The notes: generated from the letters alone by a model not told the origin. A stretch of 64,000 bases of DNA from Propionivibrio sp. (GCF_049316945.1 NZ_JBMOJE010000012.1:3752-67751), one strand, 5' to 3'. Shown: positions 37,740-47,362, counted from the stretch's first letter. A program made the numbers and translations.

Positions 37740-39158
37740 ATGAAACCATCCCTCCAGCTAAAGCTTTCCCAGCATCTCGCGCTGACGCCCCAGTTGCAAC
37801 AGTCGATACGTCTGTTGCAATTGTCGACGCTTGAGCTTGAGCAAGAACTTGAAAAATACCTTCAGGAGAATCCTCTGCTCGAACGCGAGGAAGAGGAGTA
37901 TGCGCCACCGCAATCCGGCACCAGCGAAGTCGAATCCGATGCACTCGACGCGGAGAAACCCGAAACCGAGATTTCCACGCCTTCGTCAGCCGATGACGAG
38001 AGTTGGCTTGGCGAGGAAAGTAGTTACTCCAGTTCGGCAGGATCTTTTGACGATGATGACAGCGACTACCAGGATGTGCAGGCCGCGACCACTTCTCTGC
38101 GCGAGCACCTGTCATGGCAACTGGGATTGATGAGCATTCCCGACCGGGATCGCACCTTGGTGCAGTGCCTGATCGACGCGCTCAACGAGGATGGTTATCT
38201 GACCCAGTCGCTTGAAGATCTCGCCGAAACGCTGCCGCCCGAACTTGAAATCGAGCCCGAGGAATTGCAGATCGCCCTCAATCACCTGCAGTGTTTCGAC
38301 CCGACTGGCGTTGGCGCACGCAACGCGAATGAGTGCCTGGCGCTGCAATTGGAAGCGCTGCCTGCAGATGAAACACAGGTTCTGGCGCTGAAGATCGTTC
38401 GCCATCACCTCGATCTTCTCGCCAGTCGTGATTTCGTGAAACTCAAGAAGCTGATCGAATGCGACGACGACCATTTGCGTAGCGCTCAATTTCTCATTCG
38501 CAGCCTGAATCCCAGGCCCGGGGCAAAGTATGCGGCGCTGGATGCGCGCTACATTACCCCCGACGTCGTGGTGCGCAAGATCGTTGGCCAATGGACGGTC
38601 AACGTTAACTCCGACGCATTTCCTCGCCTGCGCATCAATAGTCTGTACGCCCAGATACTCTCCAGGCAGCGCGGATCAGGACTTGCTGGCCAGTTGCAAG
38701 AAGCTCGTTGGCTGATAAAAAACGTGCAACAACGCTTTGACACAATCCTGAGAGTGGCGCAGTCTATCGTTGATCGTCAGCGGCAGTTTTTCGACCATGG
38801 CGAAGTTGCCATGAGACCACTGGTGCTACGAGAAATCGCGGATATCCTGGGCTTGCACGAATCAACCATTTCCCGAGTCACTACGCAAAAATACATGGCC
38901 ACTCCCCGCGGGATTTTTGAATTGAAGTATTTTTTTGGCAGCCACGTCTCCACTGAAGCCGGCGGCGCATGCTCGGCAACGGCTATCCGCGCGCTGATCA
39001 AGCAGTTGATTGGTGCAGAAGACCAGAAGAAGCCACTTTCTGATAGTCAGCTATCCGAAATTCTTGGTCAGCAGGGGATTGTTGTCGCACGGCGAACAAT
39101 TGCAAAATATCGGGAAGCGCTCAGCATCCCTCCGGTTAAACTGCGCAAGACGATTTGA
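37740..39158 (+). CDS. rpoN: RNA polymerase sigma-54 factor
   Basis: The N-terminal [29 protein letters not shown] is present. The C-terminal RpoN box [10 protein letters not shown] is present. Confidence 0.97.
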   Translation: MKPSLQLKLSQHLALTPQLQQSIRLLQLSTLELEQELEKYLQENPLLEREEEEYAPPQSGTSEVESDALDAEKPETEISTPSSADDESWLGEESSYSSSAGSFDDDDSDYQDVQAATTSLREHLSWQLGLMSIPDRDRTLVQCLIDALNEDGYLTQSLEDLAETLPPELEIEPEELQIALNHLQCFDPTGVGARNANECLALQLEALPADETQVLALKIVRHHLDLLASRDFVKLKKLIECDDDHLRSAQFLIRSLNPRPGAKYAALDARYITPDVVVRKIVGQWTVNVNSDAFPRLRINSLYAQILSRQRGSGLAGQLQEARWLIKNVQQRFDTILRVAQSIVDRQRQFFDHGEVAMRPLVLREIADILGLHESTISRVTTQKYMATPRGIFELKYFFGSHVSTEAGGACSATAIRALIKQLIGAEDQKKPLSDSQLSEILGQQGIVVARRTIAKYREALSIPPVKLRKTI

Positions 39159-39295
39159 CAGGAATTGTAAAAATCTTGACTTCAGAAGATGAAAACAATA
39201 CCCATTTCCCTCATCCTCGACCTCTCTTGCACGAGTGGGCGAGGGGAGATTTGACGGTCGCTGACGCGACTATAACCTTGATAAGGAGCCACACC

Positions 39296-39619
39296 ATGAA
39301 TCTGAAAATCAGTGGGCACCACCTTGAGATCACTCCGGCCATACATGCTTACGTCACCGGGAAGCTTGAGCGCGTCATACGTCATTTCGATAACGTAATC
39401 GATGTGAATGTGATTTTATCGGTGGACAAGCTGAACCAGAAGGCTGAAGTCACCGTTCACCTCCCTGGCAAGGATGTTTTCGTCGAAGCCATTGACGAGG
39501 ATCTTTATGCCTCGATTGATAGCTTGGTCGACAAACTCGATCGCCAGATACAGAAATACAAGCACAAGCTGCAAGACCATCATCGCGGCCAAAAAATTAG
39601 TCAAATCGTTCCGGAGTAA
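39296..39619 (+). CDS. hpf: ribosome hibernation promoting factor (sigma-54 modulation protein family)
   Basis: [20 protein letters not shown] is present. ATG 39296 lies behind AAGGAG, so the 47-codon extension in the ORF track is rejected. Synteny with rpoN supports the call. Confidence 0.9.
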   Translation: MNLKISGHHLEITPAIHAYVTGKLERVIRHFDNVIDVNVILSVDKLNQKAEVTVHLPGKDVFVEAIDEDLYASIDSLVDKLDRQIQKYKHKLQDHHRGQKISQIVPE

Positions 39620-39716
39620 CTGGATCAGTGCGGCGGGTTTGGCCATTTTGGCCGAACCTGCAATCCTGATATTGCCGTTTTCTCAAAATGCTTGCTGCCA
39701 CTGATTTCTCTCCTGT

Positions 39717-40163
39717 ATGAGCCAGATCACACAATTATTAGCCACCGAAAACATCGTCCTTGATCTTGATGCGAGCAGCAAGAAGCGCGTTTTCGAGAGA
39801 GTCGGCCTGCTTTTCGAGAACAATCAGGGCATCGCCCGCAGCGCAGTATTCGACAGTCTTTTCGCTCGCGAAAAACTCGGCTCGACCGGCCTCGGCCAGG
39901 GTATCGCCATTCCTCACGGCCGCATCAAAGGGCTGAAGGAAGCCATGGGTGCATTTCTGCGTCTTGCCGCACCTGTTCCATTCGACTCGCCAGACGGCAA
40001 GCCGGTTTCTCTCCTGTTCGTATTGCTTGTTCCTGAACAGGCAACAGAGCAACACCTGCAGATCCTTTCTGAACTCGCCGAACGATTCTCGGATCGCGCT
40101 TGCCGCGAAGCACTCTGTACCGCAGATAGCGCTGACATGATCCGCCAGATATTCGCCAACTGA
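39717..40163 (+). CDS. ptsN: PTS IIA-like nitrogen regulatory protein
   Basis: GLGQGIAIPHGR contains the phospho-His motif. The rpoN-hpf-ptsN-hprK synteny supports the call. Confidence 0.9.
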   Translation: MSQITQLLATENIVLDLDASSKKRVFERVGLLFENNQGIARSAVFDSLFAREKLGSTGLGQGIAIPHGRIKGLKEAMGAFLRLAAPVPFDSPDGKPVSLLFVLLVPEQATEQHLQILSELAERFSDRACREALCTADSADMIRQIFAN

Positions 40164-40176
40164 GAGTCCCATCCGC

Positions 40177-41121
40177 ATGATTGCCTCCCGCACCTTGAGT
40201 ATTACCCAACTCTACGAAGATCATCTTGATAAACTCAAGCTCACCTGGGTTGCTGCAGTGGGTATTGAGCGGGTAGTCGAACTCAAGGATCAGGAGACCT
40301 ACGGCCCTGACGTCGTCGGCCACCTTAACCTGATTTACAGTCAGCGAGTACAGGTTATCGGCAAGGCCGAACAGCGATGGGCCGAGCGTGTCGGCCCGGA
40401 GCGCTGGCATCTACAAATTGAAGATTTAATGGAAGCAGGACCGCCGGCACTGATTATCGCCGACGGTCTTGAAATTCCTCCCGGAACTTGCGAGATTTGC
40501 GAGGCGACGCAAACACCGTTATTTGTCACCCCGAAGGCCTGTTCGGCAGTCATTGATCTGCTGCATGTCTACCTGGCGCGCCGATTTGCCGATACGGTAT
40601 CGGCTCACGGCGTGTTCATGGACGTGTTCGGAATGGGGGTGCTGATCACCGGCGATTCCGGCGTTGGCAAAAGCGAACTGGCGCTCGAACTCGTTTCGCG
40701 TGGGCACGGTCTGGTTGCCGACGATGTTGTCGAACTGGCACGCATCGCACCAACAACCATCGAAGGGCGCTGCCCCGGCATGTTGCGCGACTACCTTGAA
40801 GTGCGTGGTCTTGGCCTGCTCAACATTCGCACGATCTTTGGCGAGACGGCTGCGCGGCGAAAAATGAAACTCAAGCTGATCGTTCACCTGCAGAGAAACG
40901 CAACAGGCGACGACTCGCCGCGCCTGCCACTCGATGCCCAATCGCAGGAAATCCTTGGTATCCCGGTGCGCAAGGTGGTTTTTCACGTGGCGCCTGGACG
41001 CAATCTTGCCGTTCTTCTCGAAGCCGCTGTTCGCAACTGCATCCTGCAAATGCGAGGTATCGACAGCATGAGCGAATTCATCAATCGCCAGCAACAGGCA
41101 GTTCTTGACGACGACATATAA
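40177..41121 (+). CDS. hprK: HPr kinase/phosphorylase
   Basis: GVLITGDSGVGKSELALEL is the P-loop. LEVRGLGLLNIRTIFG is the signature. Confidence 0.9.
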   Translation: MIASRTLSITQLYEDHLDKLKLTWVAAVGIERVVELKDQETYGPDVVGHLNLIYSQRVQVIGKAEQRWAERVGPERWHLQIEDLMEAGPPALIIADGLEIPPGTCEICEATQTPLFVTPKACSAVIDLLHVYLARRFADTVSAHGVFMDVFGMGVLITGDSGVGKSELALELVSRGHGLVADDVVELARIAPTTIEGRCPGMLRDYLEVRGLGLLNIRTIFGETAARRKMKLKLIVHLQRNATGDDSPRLPLDAQSQEILGIPVRKVVFHVAPGRNLAVLLEAAVRNCILQMRGIDSMSEFINRQQQAVLDDDI

Positions 41122-41171
41122 GTAGCGTTTATAATTAACGGACGTTACTAAACCCTATCAAGGAGTTACCG

Positions 41172-41492
41172 ATGAAAGCCATGATTGCTCTCGCTGTCTT
41201 CGCCTTCGCCACTAGCGTCACCATTGCCGCGGATCAGGAAAAGAAAGCGCCCTCTCCAGCACAACTGGCGCAGCAGGAAAAAATGAAAGCGTGTAACGCC
41301 GAGGCCGGCACCAAGGCTCTCAAGGGCGATGAGCGCAAGGCATTCATGAGTCAATGCCTGGGTTCAAAGCCGGCGTCGGCCACGCAGCAGGACAAAATGA
41401 AAGCATGCAATGCCGAGGCCGGCACCAAGGCTCTCAAGGGCGATGAGCGCAAGGCATTCATGAGCGAGTGCCTCAAAGCTGACAAGAAGTAA
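41172..41492 (+). CDS. PsiF-repeat periplasmic protein (two repeats, signal peptide)
   Basis: A signal peptide MKAMIALAVFAFATSVTIAA is followed by two copies of KMKACNAEAGTKALKGDERKAFMS-x-CL. An AAGGAG RBS is present. Confidence 0.8.
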   Translation: MKAMIALAVFAFATSVTIAADQEKKAPSPAQLAQQEKMKACNAEAGTKALKGDERKAFMSQCLGSKPASATQQDKMKACNAEAGTKALKGDERKAFMSECLKADKK

Positions 41493-41514
41493 GCCCCCTG
41501 CAGACTGACAATTC

Positions 41515-41544
41515 AAAACGACGTTGCTAACGCACCGTCGTTTT
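41515..41544 (+). terminator. stem-loop terminator after the PsiF-like gene (possibly bidirectional)
   Basis: AAAACGACG (41515-41523) pairs with CGTCGTTTT (41536-41544) around a 12-nt loop. It lies between convergent genes. Confidence 0.55.
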
Positions 41545-41563
41545 CATATTCAGCCTGGGTCGA

Positions 41564-42469
41564 TCAGAGTTGCTCGAATTCTGCACAATCCGCATCCGGA
41601 CTGGTCGCCGATGCCGCAAAGCAAATCATGCCCTTGCCGTGAAGGACACACTCCTCGCTACGCAGGAACAACTCTTGCTCGCCACTCAGGGTTATAAAAG
41701 TGCCATTGGTGCTCATGTCAGTGAGAATAACCCTGTTGCCTTGCAGTTCAATTCTGGCATGAAGACGCGACGCACGACGATCATGAATTACCACGTCACT
41801 TTCTGCATCTCGTCCCATTTTGATTACCAGTTTGCTGTCATCCAGAATGATGGCCTTGCCGGAATAGCGGACACAGAAACGGGCGCCCGCTAAGCCATCA
41901 CCACTACGCTCATCCGGGATTTCCGCTGTTTTCGCAACCGACGATCCTGGCGCGACGGGCGCGACAACTTCGAAAACTTTCATGCCCAGGGACTTGCCCT
42001 TGGCTACCGCTGATCCAAGTTCGCGCGTCGAATTTTTCAATGCAGGGGACAGTGCGGCCTGTGCCTGAATGCTGGTCAATACCTGCCCGGGCTTGGCCAG
42101 ACCGGCAAGATGTGCTGCCGCGTTGACGGTTTCGCCAACCATGCAGCCTTCTTTTTCGCTTACAGTGCCATGCGAAAAGCCGACACGAATTGCCAACTTG
42201 ACGCCAGAGATGGGTGGCAGATCAGCCACCCGTTGCTGCATCTCGATGGCGGCATGAAATGCTTCATCAGCCATATCAAACACCGCCATCATTTCATCAC
42301 CGACGGTCTTTATGATGCGTCCGCCAAAAGCATCGACTGCTCGCCCCATGCGCTTAAGACAGCGATCAACCGCCCGCAGTGTTTCTGCACCGCCGAGTTT
42401 CTCATGCAACCGAGCACTTCCCGAAACATCGGCAAACAGTACAGACAAGGAGTTCTTTGCATTATTCAT
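41564..42469 (-). CDS. class III adenylate/guanylate cyclase domain protein with a C-terminal FHA domain
   Basis: VLFADVSGSARL...KTVGDEMMAVF...GETVNAAAHL is the cyclase domain. GRDAESDVVIHDRRASRLHARIE...STNGTFI is the FHA domain. ATG 42469 is chosen and the 37 upstream codons are rejected. Confidence 0.8.
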   Translation of the reverse strand: MNNAKNSLSVLFADVSGSARLHEKLGGAETLRAVDRCLKRMGRAVDAFGGRIIKTVGDEMMAVFDMADEAFHAAIEMQQRVADLPPISGVKLAIRVGFSHGTVSEKEGCMVGETVNAAAHLAGLAKPGQVLTSIQAQAALSPALKNSTRELGSAVAKGKSLGMKVFEVVAPVAPGSSVAKTAEIPDERSGDGLAGARFCVRYSGKAIILDDSKLVIKMGRDAESDVVIHDRRASRLHARIELQGNRVILTDMSTNGTFITLSGEQELFLRSEECVLHGKGMICFAASATSPDADCAEFEQL

Positions 42470-42985
42470 AGTTAACCCAATATTAGAAAACCCAGTGGAA
42501 GTTCCATGTGACGCTGCTACCAAAACCTCAACGAGCATCCCAATATCATAACACTTCATACCGAAGCACAAAACGACCAAAACTGTATGATCGTAGCAAA
42601 AGATTAATCATTTTACTGCACGCGCCTACCAACATACCTGGCGACTGCTCTAGCCCCGCAATCCCTCGCCAAACTATGGCGCGTCGAACACCAATTCCTT
42701 GTCGTCTCCTATCGATCCAGATTCATCGCAATCAAGCAAAAAACCATTCCGGGCCACGTTTGCATAGCGCCATAAGCATTGAAAGCATGGCATAGAGATC
42801 TTTGACAGACCATGAATACAAGACAGTAATCAAATTTACCCGGTTTTGGGCCAACTTGAGTAAAGCCCATGAGAGTGCGTGGTCTTCGTTGACCGAAGCA
42901 ACTCCGAGGGTCACAGACAATACGTTATCGATGAGAGCTAAACTTTGTGCGACAAGAGTAGCGGTTCAACGAGTTCTCGCTCTGG

Positions 42986-43822
42986 TTACTCACCTCCTAG
43001 CCAGTCATGGACGCTGGGAATAGGCGCATGGTCGTGGCGCCCCAGGGCTATAAAGTCGAACAGGTTGCGGTCAGCAAGCTGCGAGGCGTGGACGTTGCCC
43101 ATTGAGCGCGCGATGTTCTTGACCCTCCCGGGGAACTGTGCATCCCACTCTTTGAGCATCAACTTCATCTGACGTCGTTGGAGGTTTTCCTGGGAACCGC
43201 AGAGGTTGCAGGGGATGATCGGAAAGCCGCGGGCATGTGCGTACTCGATGATGTCGCGCTCTCGAACGTAGGCCAAAGGCCTGATGACCACGTGTTTTCC
43301 ATTGTCGCTGAGAAGCTTGGGTGGCATTGAACTGATCTTGGCGTGGAAGAACAGATTGAGAAACAGCGTCTCGACCAGGTCATCGCAATGATGACCAAGG
43401 GCAATTTTTGTAAATCCTCTTTTTTCCGCGTACGAATACAAGGCGCCCCGCCGCAGTCTCGAGCACATCGAGCACATCGTCTTGCCTTCCGGAATAACCC
43501 GTTTAACCACTGAATAGGTGTCCTGCTCCAGGATGCTGTAGGGTACACCGAGCTTACGCAAGTAATCAGGCAGGACGTGACCAGGGAAATCGGGCTGTTT
43601 CTGGTCGAGATTGACGACCTCAATCTCGAATCGCACCGGCGCCTTCTTTTGAAGCTGCAGAAGCATGTCCAGCATCGTATAGCCGTCCTTCCCGCCGGAG
43701 AGACAAACCATCACGCGATCCCCATCCTCGATCATTCCAAAGTCAGCGATGGCTTGACCAACCTCGCGGCGCAGACGCTTGGCCAACTTGTTCTGCTCAA
43801 ATGATTCTTTGCGCACACTCAT
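42986..43822 (-). CDS. ttcA: tRNA 2-thiocytidine(32) synthetase
   Basis: The PP-loop VCLSGGKDG and the CxxC cluster pattern ([16 protein letters not shown]) are typical of TtcA. Confidence 0.9.
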   Translation of the reverse strand: MSVRKESFEQNKLAKRLRREVGQAIADFGMIEDGDRVMVCLSGGKDGYTMLDMLLQLQKKAPVRFEIEVVNLDQKQPDFPGHVLPDYLRKLGVPYSILEQDTYSVVKRVIPEGKTMCSMCSRLRRGALYSYAEKRGFTKIALGHHCDDLVETLFLNLFFHAKISSMPPKLLSDNGKHVVIRPLAYVRERDIIEYAHARGFPIIPCNLCGSQENLQRRQMKLMLKEWDAQFPGRVKNIARSMGNVHASQLADRNLFDFIALGRHDHAPIPSVHDWLGGE

Positions 43823-43905
43823 GGCAACTTATGCTCGGCAATCGGGGTAGCCATTCTACTTTGCTATGTATCGGGAAGCCAAACAAGCTTTCCAGAGAGG
43901 CATTA

Positions 43906-43933
43906 CTGGATTCCGGGTCAAGCCTGGAATGAC
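43906..43933. repeat. partial, inverted copy of the GTCATTCCGG-N-CCGGAATCCAG REP hairpin
   Basis: CTGGATTCCGGGTCAAGCCTGGAATGAC is the reverse complement of 45330-45357 with one mismatch. Confidence 0.7.
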
Positions 43934-43969
43934 GAATATTTTGCCATCACGTTTCAACACGACTGATTG

Positions 43970-44212
43970 CTAGACCACGGTATTCAAGATATCTGCCTCG
44001 CTCAGTCCGGCTTTCGTCATCCAGGTGGCGACGACGGCAATGGCAAATGGCGACAGATTTTGTAGAGATGCCAGGATGTGGGCATTCCTGGAATGACCGG
44101 CCTTGATTTCTTCGATCAGTCTGTCCGCCAACTGATGCAGCGCACACCCGTTGAGTCTGGTACTCGACACCGAGTTCGGGTTAACCGAAACTATTTTGAG
44201 ATGGTTCTTCAT
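43970..44212 (-). CDS. hypothetical protein (80 aa)
   Basis: A strong GGAGG RBS lies 5 nt before ATG 44212. No motif was recognised. Confidence 0.5.
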   Translation of the reverse strand: MKNHLKIVSVNPNSVSSTRLNGCALHQLADRLIEEIKAGHSRNAHILASLQNLSPFAIAVVATWMTKAGLSEADILNTVV

Positions 44213-44403
44213 AGGGCCTCCATTGCTATGAAATTATTAACGGCCAGATATCACGCAAGCTTTAATCGAGTTGGTGCCCAGAAAACAGAAATGTTGATGG
44301 TCGGTAATTTCTCCGGCGAGCGATCGTCGTGTGCCCGTTAAATGCGAACTAAAGGGGTCACAATCGCATTTTTCCGTGAAATATGAATGCCGTGCTGGCC
44401 TTG

Positions 44404-44490
44404 AGCGGGCGACCGGATTCGAACCGGCACAGCGGGGTGGTGCCCCTTCAGGCTCTGAAGGCCTGCGTGCTACCGTTACACTACACCCGC
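44404..44490 (-). tRNA. 87-nt tRNA gene with anticodon UCA (reads UGA) and a long variable arm; not a canonical bacterial tRNA-Sec fold
   Basis: Hand-folded cloverleaf. The acceptor stem is GCGGGTG/CGCCCGC (7 bp). U8 and A9 follow. The D-stem is GTGT/GCAC with loop AACGGTA. The anticodon stem is CAGGC/GCCTG with loop CTTCAGA. The 20-nt variable arm has a GGGG/CCCC stem. The T-arm is GCCGG-TTCGAAT-CCGGT. The discriminator is T and no CCA is encoded. Confidence 0.7.
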
Positions 44491-44537
44491 GCAAAGCCTT
44501 GGCATTCTAACCTTTCCACCGCTATAGTCATAAACCC

Positions 44538-45281
44538 ATGAACACACAACGCCTGCGCTACCTGCCGCAATGGATCGACGTACTCGCCACCCACGTTGGC
44601 GGCTGGGCGCTGGCGCGGCCGCTCAAGGCGCGCAACGTCGAATCCCTGCCGCCACCCCTCCTGCTCCTGGCCTTGCGTGGCGAAGGAGTCTTGCGCACCC
44701 GCTATTGCGACTGGGCGGCCACTTCGCCGTTGACCAGCGCACCGGATCAAGTGCTGGCACTATGGTCGGCGCTGTGGGAGGAAGGCGCCGAGATACAACA
44801 ACTGTGCGAACGCATCGGCCTGTCGCGCCTGGCAAGCGAACAAGCGGCCATACCCGTCCCCACCTGGAGCGTGCAAAGAAGCCTTTACGCCTGTTTCATT
44901 GCCAGCCTTGCCGCCGAACGACGGCAAGACCTGCTGCTGTTGGCCACCGACAAACTCTTTGCCCTGGCCCTTGCGCGCCAGTTTCCAGCGGCCGCCGCCG
45001 CACCCGAGCGCGTAACCCTCGCCACCCTGCAACAACGAGCTCACACCCATATCCAGAAAGCCCTCGCCCAACCGGTGAAACTGCGCGAGCGCTTCAGCGT
45101 CGAAGAAAACGCCGCCCACTTTGGTCTGCGCGTTGCCGTCAACAAAGGCGACTGGCAGGAATTGCTGATATGCCAAGGCCCACGGCTGAAGCCATTGAAG
45201 CGCCAGGGGTATCAAGCCGTGCTGGCGCTGGACGCCGGCGCGCTGCGAGCGAAGCTGCTCGATTCAAGCCGCGCAGGGTAG
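44538..45281 (+). CDS. hypothetical protein (247 aa)
   Basis: This is the longest ORF with normal amino-acid composition. The overlapping alternative frame (44570-45298) is Arg/Pro-rich shadow sequence. The RBS is weak and no motif was recognised. Confidence 0.45.
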   Translation: MNTQRLRYLPQWIDVLATHVGGWALARPLKARNVESLPPPLLLLALRGEGVLRTRYCDWAATSPLTSAPDQVLALWSALWEEGAEIQQLCERIGLSRLASEQAAIPVPTWSVQRSLYACFIASLAAERRQDLLLLATDKLFALALARQFPAAAAAPERVTLATLQQRAHTHIQKALAQPVKLRERFSVEENAAHFGLRVAVNKGDWQELLICQGPRLKPLKRQGYQAVLALDAGALRAKLLDSSRAG

Positions 45282-45289
45282 CCAGCCAG

Positions 45290-45484
45290 CCAGGGTAAAT
45301 TTGTTCTACCGCTAACCCATTGATTTACCGTCATTCCGGGCTTGACCCGGAATCCAGTTCGTTGAACAAATAGGTCTTTTAACATCTTGATCAGATGGAC
45401 GAATCTGGATACCGGCCTTCGCCGGTATGAGCGCGAAGCCTGGCCTCGGGCCACGCCGGATGGGTTAGAACAAATTTACCCTGG
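45290..45484. mobile_element. MITE-like element: 19-bp perfect terminal inverted repeats enclosing a REP unit
   Basis: CCAGGGTAAATTTGTTCTA (45290-45308) pairs with TAGAACAAATTTACCCTGG (45466-45484). The interior carries GTCATTCCGGGCTTGACCCGGAATCCAG and CCGGCCTTCGCCGG hairpins. These are homologous to 58401-58500. Confidence 0.65.
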
Positions 45485-47227
45485 GCAGCCAGCATTCTCT
45501 CCTTGCTATCCCCTTGGCAAGGTGGCATTCTCCGCAACCTGTTGACTAACTTTACGCGTGTGCAAACGCGCGCGGCCAACGCAATGCACCTTTCTGTCTC
45601 GCCTGTCTGAGCGGCTGCCGGCCGCAACGGGGCGAGGGATAACCGAGGGGGCTGTATGTCGGTGGATTTGGAAGCGGTTGGCGAGTAGTGCTGTGGCCTA
45701 AACCGGGCGAAGCGGGGATCTGGAAACTCCCCAAGATAAGCCGGGGCGGAGACAGTGCAGGCAGGCTCGCTGGCTGGATGCCACACCCAGAACAGCCCCG
45801 TGTTGATGAAAGCTCTGCCTTGACAGGCCGCGTTCGGCAAGCCGACGCTAAAAGAATATGAACGTCTGAAAAATAATTGAAACGGGGCGGTGCTGGCCGC
45901 CGACGGGAAAATTCCCTTGTTCTTCCACGCCGGTTGTTGCTGCCTTTGACTGAATTTATGCTCAAAGCCAAAACCGCGATGCGTTGACGCCAAGCGGCGC
46001 TGATGCGCCTGTGCCCTCACTCGGGAACGATTCCCCTTCGTCCGTTTTAGAAGAAGCGAAGTGTCCGCAAGCATCGATCAAGTCGAAGAAAACTGGCGTC
46101 ATCGCACGGACACAGGAGACGCTCAACCGACTAAGTCAAGCCCTTCTCGTCGTCAGCGCTCTTGCCCTGGGGAATCCTGCTGCTGCATTGGCGTCTTCGT
46201 TTCAACCGCCTGTCGATGCGAGCGGGAAGACGATGTTCGTGCTCAACTGAGGAGAGAATCCTGCGCCCGAGTCGACTTTGCTCGAAAGAGAAGTTCAGAA
46301 ACTCTCCAAATGAACTATTACCCTTGAACGAGAAAGAACGGATATTGTCGGTAATACGCAAGAAACGCTCAGTCGATTCGGTGATGTTATGGGATTGACT
46401 GCGGCACTCGGCGGTTCTGCGATGGCAAATTGACCAGATATCAATAACTCCCCTTTTGAGAAAAATGCAGGCGCAGGTGCACCGGTACTCTCAATAAATG
46501 TGGAAGTAGTAAAGAAGGATATGTTCGCTATGTTTGAACGAAATGGGAAAACGGAGAAATATACAAAACTTTACAATAAACTTCCAGATATAGATCCTTC
46601 GGCTCAAAATAAAGTTCTTTCCTTCTATGCAGAGGCAAAAGGGAAAAAACAAGAATGAGATGTACTACAGGCTGTATATAATCTTATCAAATACTATCAA
46701 GAGCCTAATGCGCTTAATGCAAAAATTGTGATTGATCTATTTCCAGATGCCTGACTGAGGGGGTATGTGAATAGTAATCAATTAGAGATTGATAGAAAGG
46801 CAAATGAAGAGCGGACAAAAACGATAGAGGCTGATAAAAAAGCCATAAAACTCATAGATCAAGTGAGAAAAGCTCTCTAGCCCGGTAGGGTGCGCAAATT
46901 CTTTTCTTTGCGCACGCGGAATCCCCCGCGTGCATCGACGGTCTTGATCCGCCTGAAGGTGCGCACCCCAAGAGTACTTCTTCAGGCTGGCGATGCCAAC
47001 CTTCAGGGCGCAACGCTTCGCGTTTCACACCCTACAAAATCGCAGGTAGGCACATGGCGGCGATGTCTTGATGGCTGTTCAGGATAATAGGGGCCGACCA
47101 CGGTTTCAGCCAAGCTGTTGATTGTCTTTGCGAACTTTTGCGCCTTTGCGGTGAAGAACTGAGGTTTTCAGGATGCTCACTGAGCACGTCGTTTTCTGTG
47201 CTCGCTACTCACAGCAAGGCCATTACT

Positions 47228-47362
47228 CTGCAAGCCGCATGAATAGGCAATCTGCGCTACATGTGCCTGAAGAGTGGCGTATTCATTGGCTCTACAGGCA
47301 GCATCATCGTAGAACGCCACTTGGCGCGGCTTTCAGCCTGATAGCCGCAACAAGAATTGCCA
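47228..47362. repeat. copy A of a dispersed ~135-155-nt intergenic element
   Basis: It aligns by eye with 52290-52444. The shared blocks are GCCGCATGAA-AGGCAATCT, GCCTGAA-A-TGGCGTATT, GTAGAACGCC and CAAGAATTGC. Confidence 0.6.

Noticed and set aside
44570-45298. 242-aa alternative frame overlapping the 44538-45281 ORF
   Set aside because: Its extreme Arg/Pro/Gly composition marks it as the off-frame. The 44538 frame has normal composition.
45391-46074. 227-aa minus-strand ORF (and 45552-45971)
   Set aside because: The sequence is Arg/Pro/Ala-rich and low in complexity, with no RBS and no motif. It covers REP/MITE sequence. The region is treated as non-coding or decayed (see findings).
45486-46260. 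Possible RNase P RNA, tmRNA, cobalamin riboswitch or ORF-less group II intron
   Set aside because: A CCCGGCTTATC-like string on the minus strand recalled the RNase P 3' region. The universal GGAAAGTCCGGGC block, the tmRNA tag/acceptor features, a B12 box and a domain V-like AGC helix are all absent by eye. A covariance search is still advisable.
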